This document shows, piece after piece, positions 6,335-7,443 of a DNA stretch of 7,443 nt (the first letter of the stretch is position 1; every line of letters begins with the position of its first letter). Location of the stretch: assembly GCF_006345805.1 (NCBI RefSeq), contig NW_021828873.1, positions 1 through 7,443 on the forward strand, read 5' to 3'. This stretch comes from Octopus sinensis. Lineage: Eukaryota. The position numbers and the translations under genes are program-made. The notes under the pieces are model-generated. The model was not told the origin of the DNA. It saw only the letters and a list, made by a program, of their open reading frames with translations, and searched no databases.

Positions 6335-7443
6335 ATTTCATTTATTTGCCACAAGGGGGAAGGATGAGGAGAACAATACAAAGACTGACATAAAGTGTGG
6401 GGTTTATATAGAATGAAATTATAAAAGAAAGAAAGAGAGAAAGAAAGTATACACAGTATACACTGGAAAAGAAGGGGCATATGCATAGCATACAAATGCT
6501 TAAAAAGCAGTGGTGGGGGGATGATAGAGACGTGGCCCTCCTAATGCAGGTTGGCCTCTTGGGATAATCGAGATATCCCACTGTCCGACATTTCCCTGAG
6601 ACCCCAAGAGCAAGTGCCCTCTCCAGTTCCTTTTCTCCGACTCACAAGTCTACACTTAGAGAGGTACCATCTACTCTTGCCATTTTCGCAACTTTCACCC
6701 ACCTTTCAATAAACTCACTCGAGGACAGTACTTCCCTCTCCATTCAGTGAGAGTTCTAGAAAAGACGAATGTATCCGTCCTCATGCCTTTCAACTTTGTC
6801 CAGCAAACAACCTCTTTCACCAAAGCTACCAGGCAAAGGAAAACTGCCTTGCCTGCCCGATTGAAGAAGGGCAGCAGTGCGATCATCACTACAGACTCAG
6901 CCGACTGACGGATCCGTCCCACATGTGACAGAAGCTGTTCGACATAACCCCACAAGTCAGTAATGCCCGAACACTGAACGAGAGCTAGACAGAGTCTCCC
7001 CAAGTACGTCGTCGTACTTCTCCGCCACTAATCCTTTATAAATTTCTAAAGCGAAACATTCACGACCCCATTGTCCGACTGGTAGAGGGCTGTGAACGTC
7101 TGACGATATTCTAGGTGCCAGGCGCCCAGTTTTAGTCCTCAAGGAGAGGAGCTGCGGAAAAACGAGACTCACAAACGGAGTCCACATACATCCACCGTTC
7201 AGAAATCATTGCAGGTCGCATAAGCTAAGAGCATATCTGTGCATAAGGAGACACGGCATACCTAATCTGTCTCTCAGAGGATGCTGGCAACAGACTGACC
7301 GCCTGACCATTGGAACGCATCCCTTCCAAAGGATTTTAACCTGGTTAAACATTGACCGGGACAAAGCATGACGGTCAGGCGATAAATGATAACGGATGCG
7401 ATGTAAGCATTCGTCACCGGTAGCCGACCTTTCAGGGACAGAT
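6335..7443 (-). mobile_element. L1/Tx1-clade LINE, 3' portion (continues beyond window)
   Basis: ORF2 C-terminal remnants 7443->6642, then a ~300-nt 3' UTR with AATAAA (6341-6346, minus) and a simple-repeat tail. Confidence 0.8.
6642..7443 (-). pseudogene. LINE ORF2 post-RT/C-terminal region, disrupted
   Basis: Fragments LSLKGRLPVTNAYIASVIIYRLTV / ILWKGCVPMVRRSVCCQHPLRDRLGMP (L1-clade FLW-G...GGLG-P pattern) ...LQ*FL (TGA 7206-7208) / LGAWHLEYRQ / LALVQCSGITDLWGYVEQLLS (end of zinc-knuckle region) / EVLSSSEFIERWVKVAKMARVDGTSLSVDL* (stop 6642-6644). Several frameshifts. Confidence 0.78.

Noticed and set aside
4824-6581. ORFs rich in HT, CV, YI or poly-I repeats
   Set aside because: Translations of (CA)n, (TG)n, (TA)n and (TAA)n microsatellites or of the LINE 3' UTR.

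Overview
AT-rich, repeat-saturated, non-coding eukaryotic DNA with no intact protein-coding gene. The repeat families look like those of an octopod cephalopod (recognised from memory, not verified). Contents: a one-ended, decayed Tc1/mariner transposon (471-1371, minus); several tRNA-derived SINEs, including a head-to-tail SINE trimer (2597-4353, minus) bounded by a 9-bp direct repeat; a 1.15-kb non-autonomous TIR DNA transposon with a 9-bp TSD (3072-4224) inserted into the third SINE unit; a Penelope-like terminal repeat fragment carrying a minimal hammerhead-ribozyme-like motif (4761-4800, minus); the 3' end of a decayed L1/Tx1-clade LINE (6335-7443, minus); and many microsatellites. Best leads: (1) the trimeric SINE and the LINE share their last ~55 nt, suggesting a LINE/SINE partnership, and the SINE stacks on itself at a fixed junction in its own tRNA head; (2) the hammerhead-like motif overlaps the loop and one arm of a 62-bp fold-back; (3) three long fold-backs occur within ~3 kb, one with a perfect 54-bp spacer-less centre. 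All alignments and counts were done by eye and need computational confirmation.
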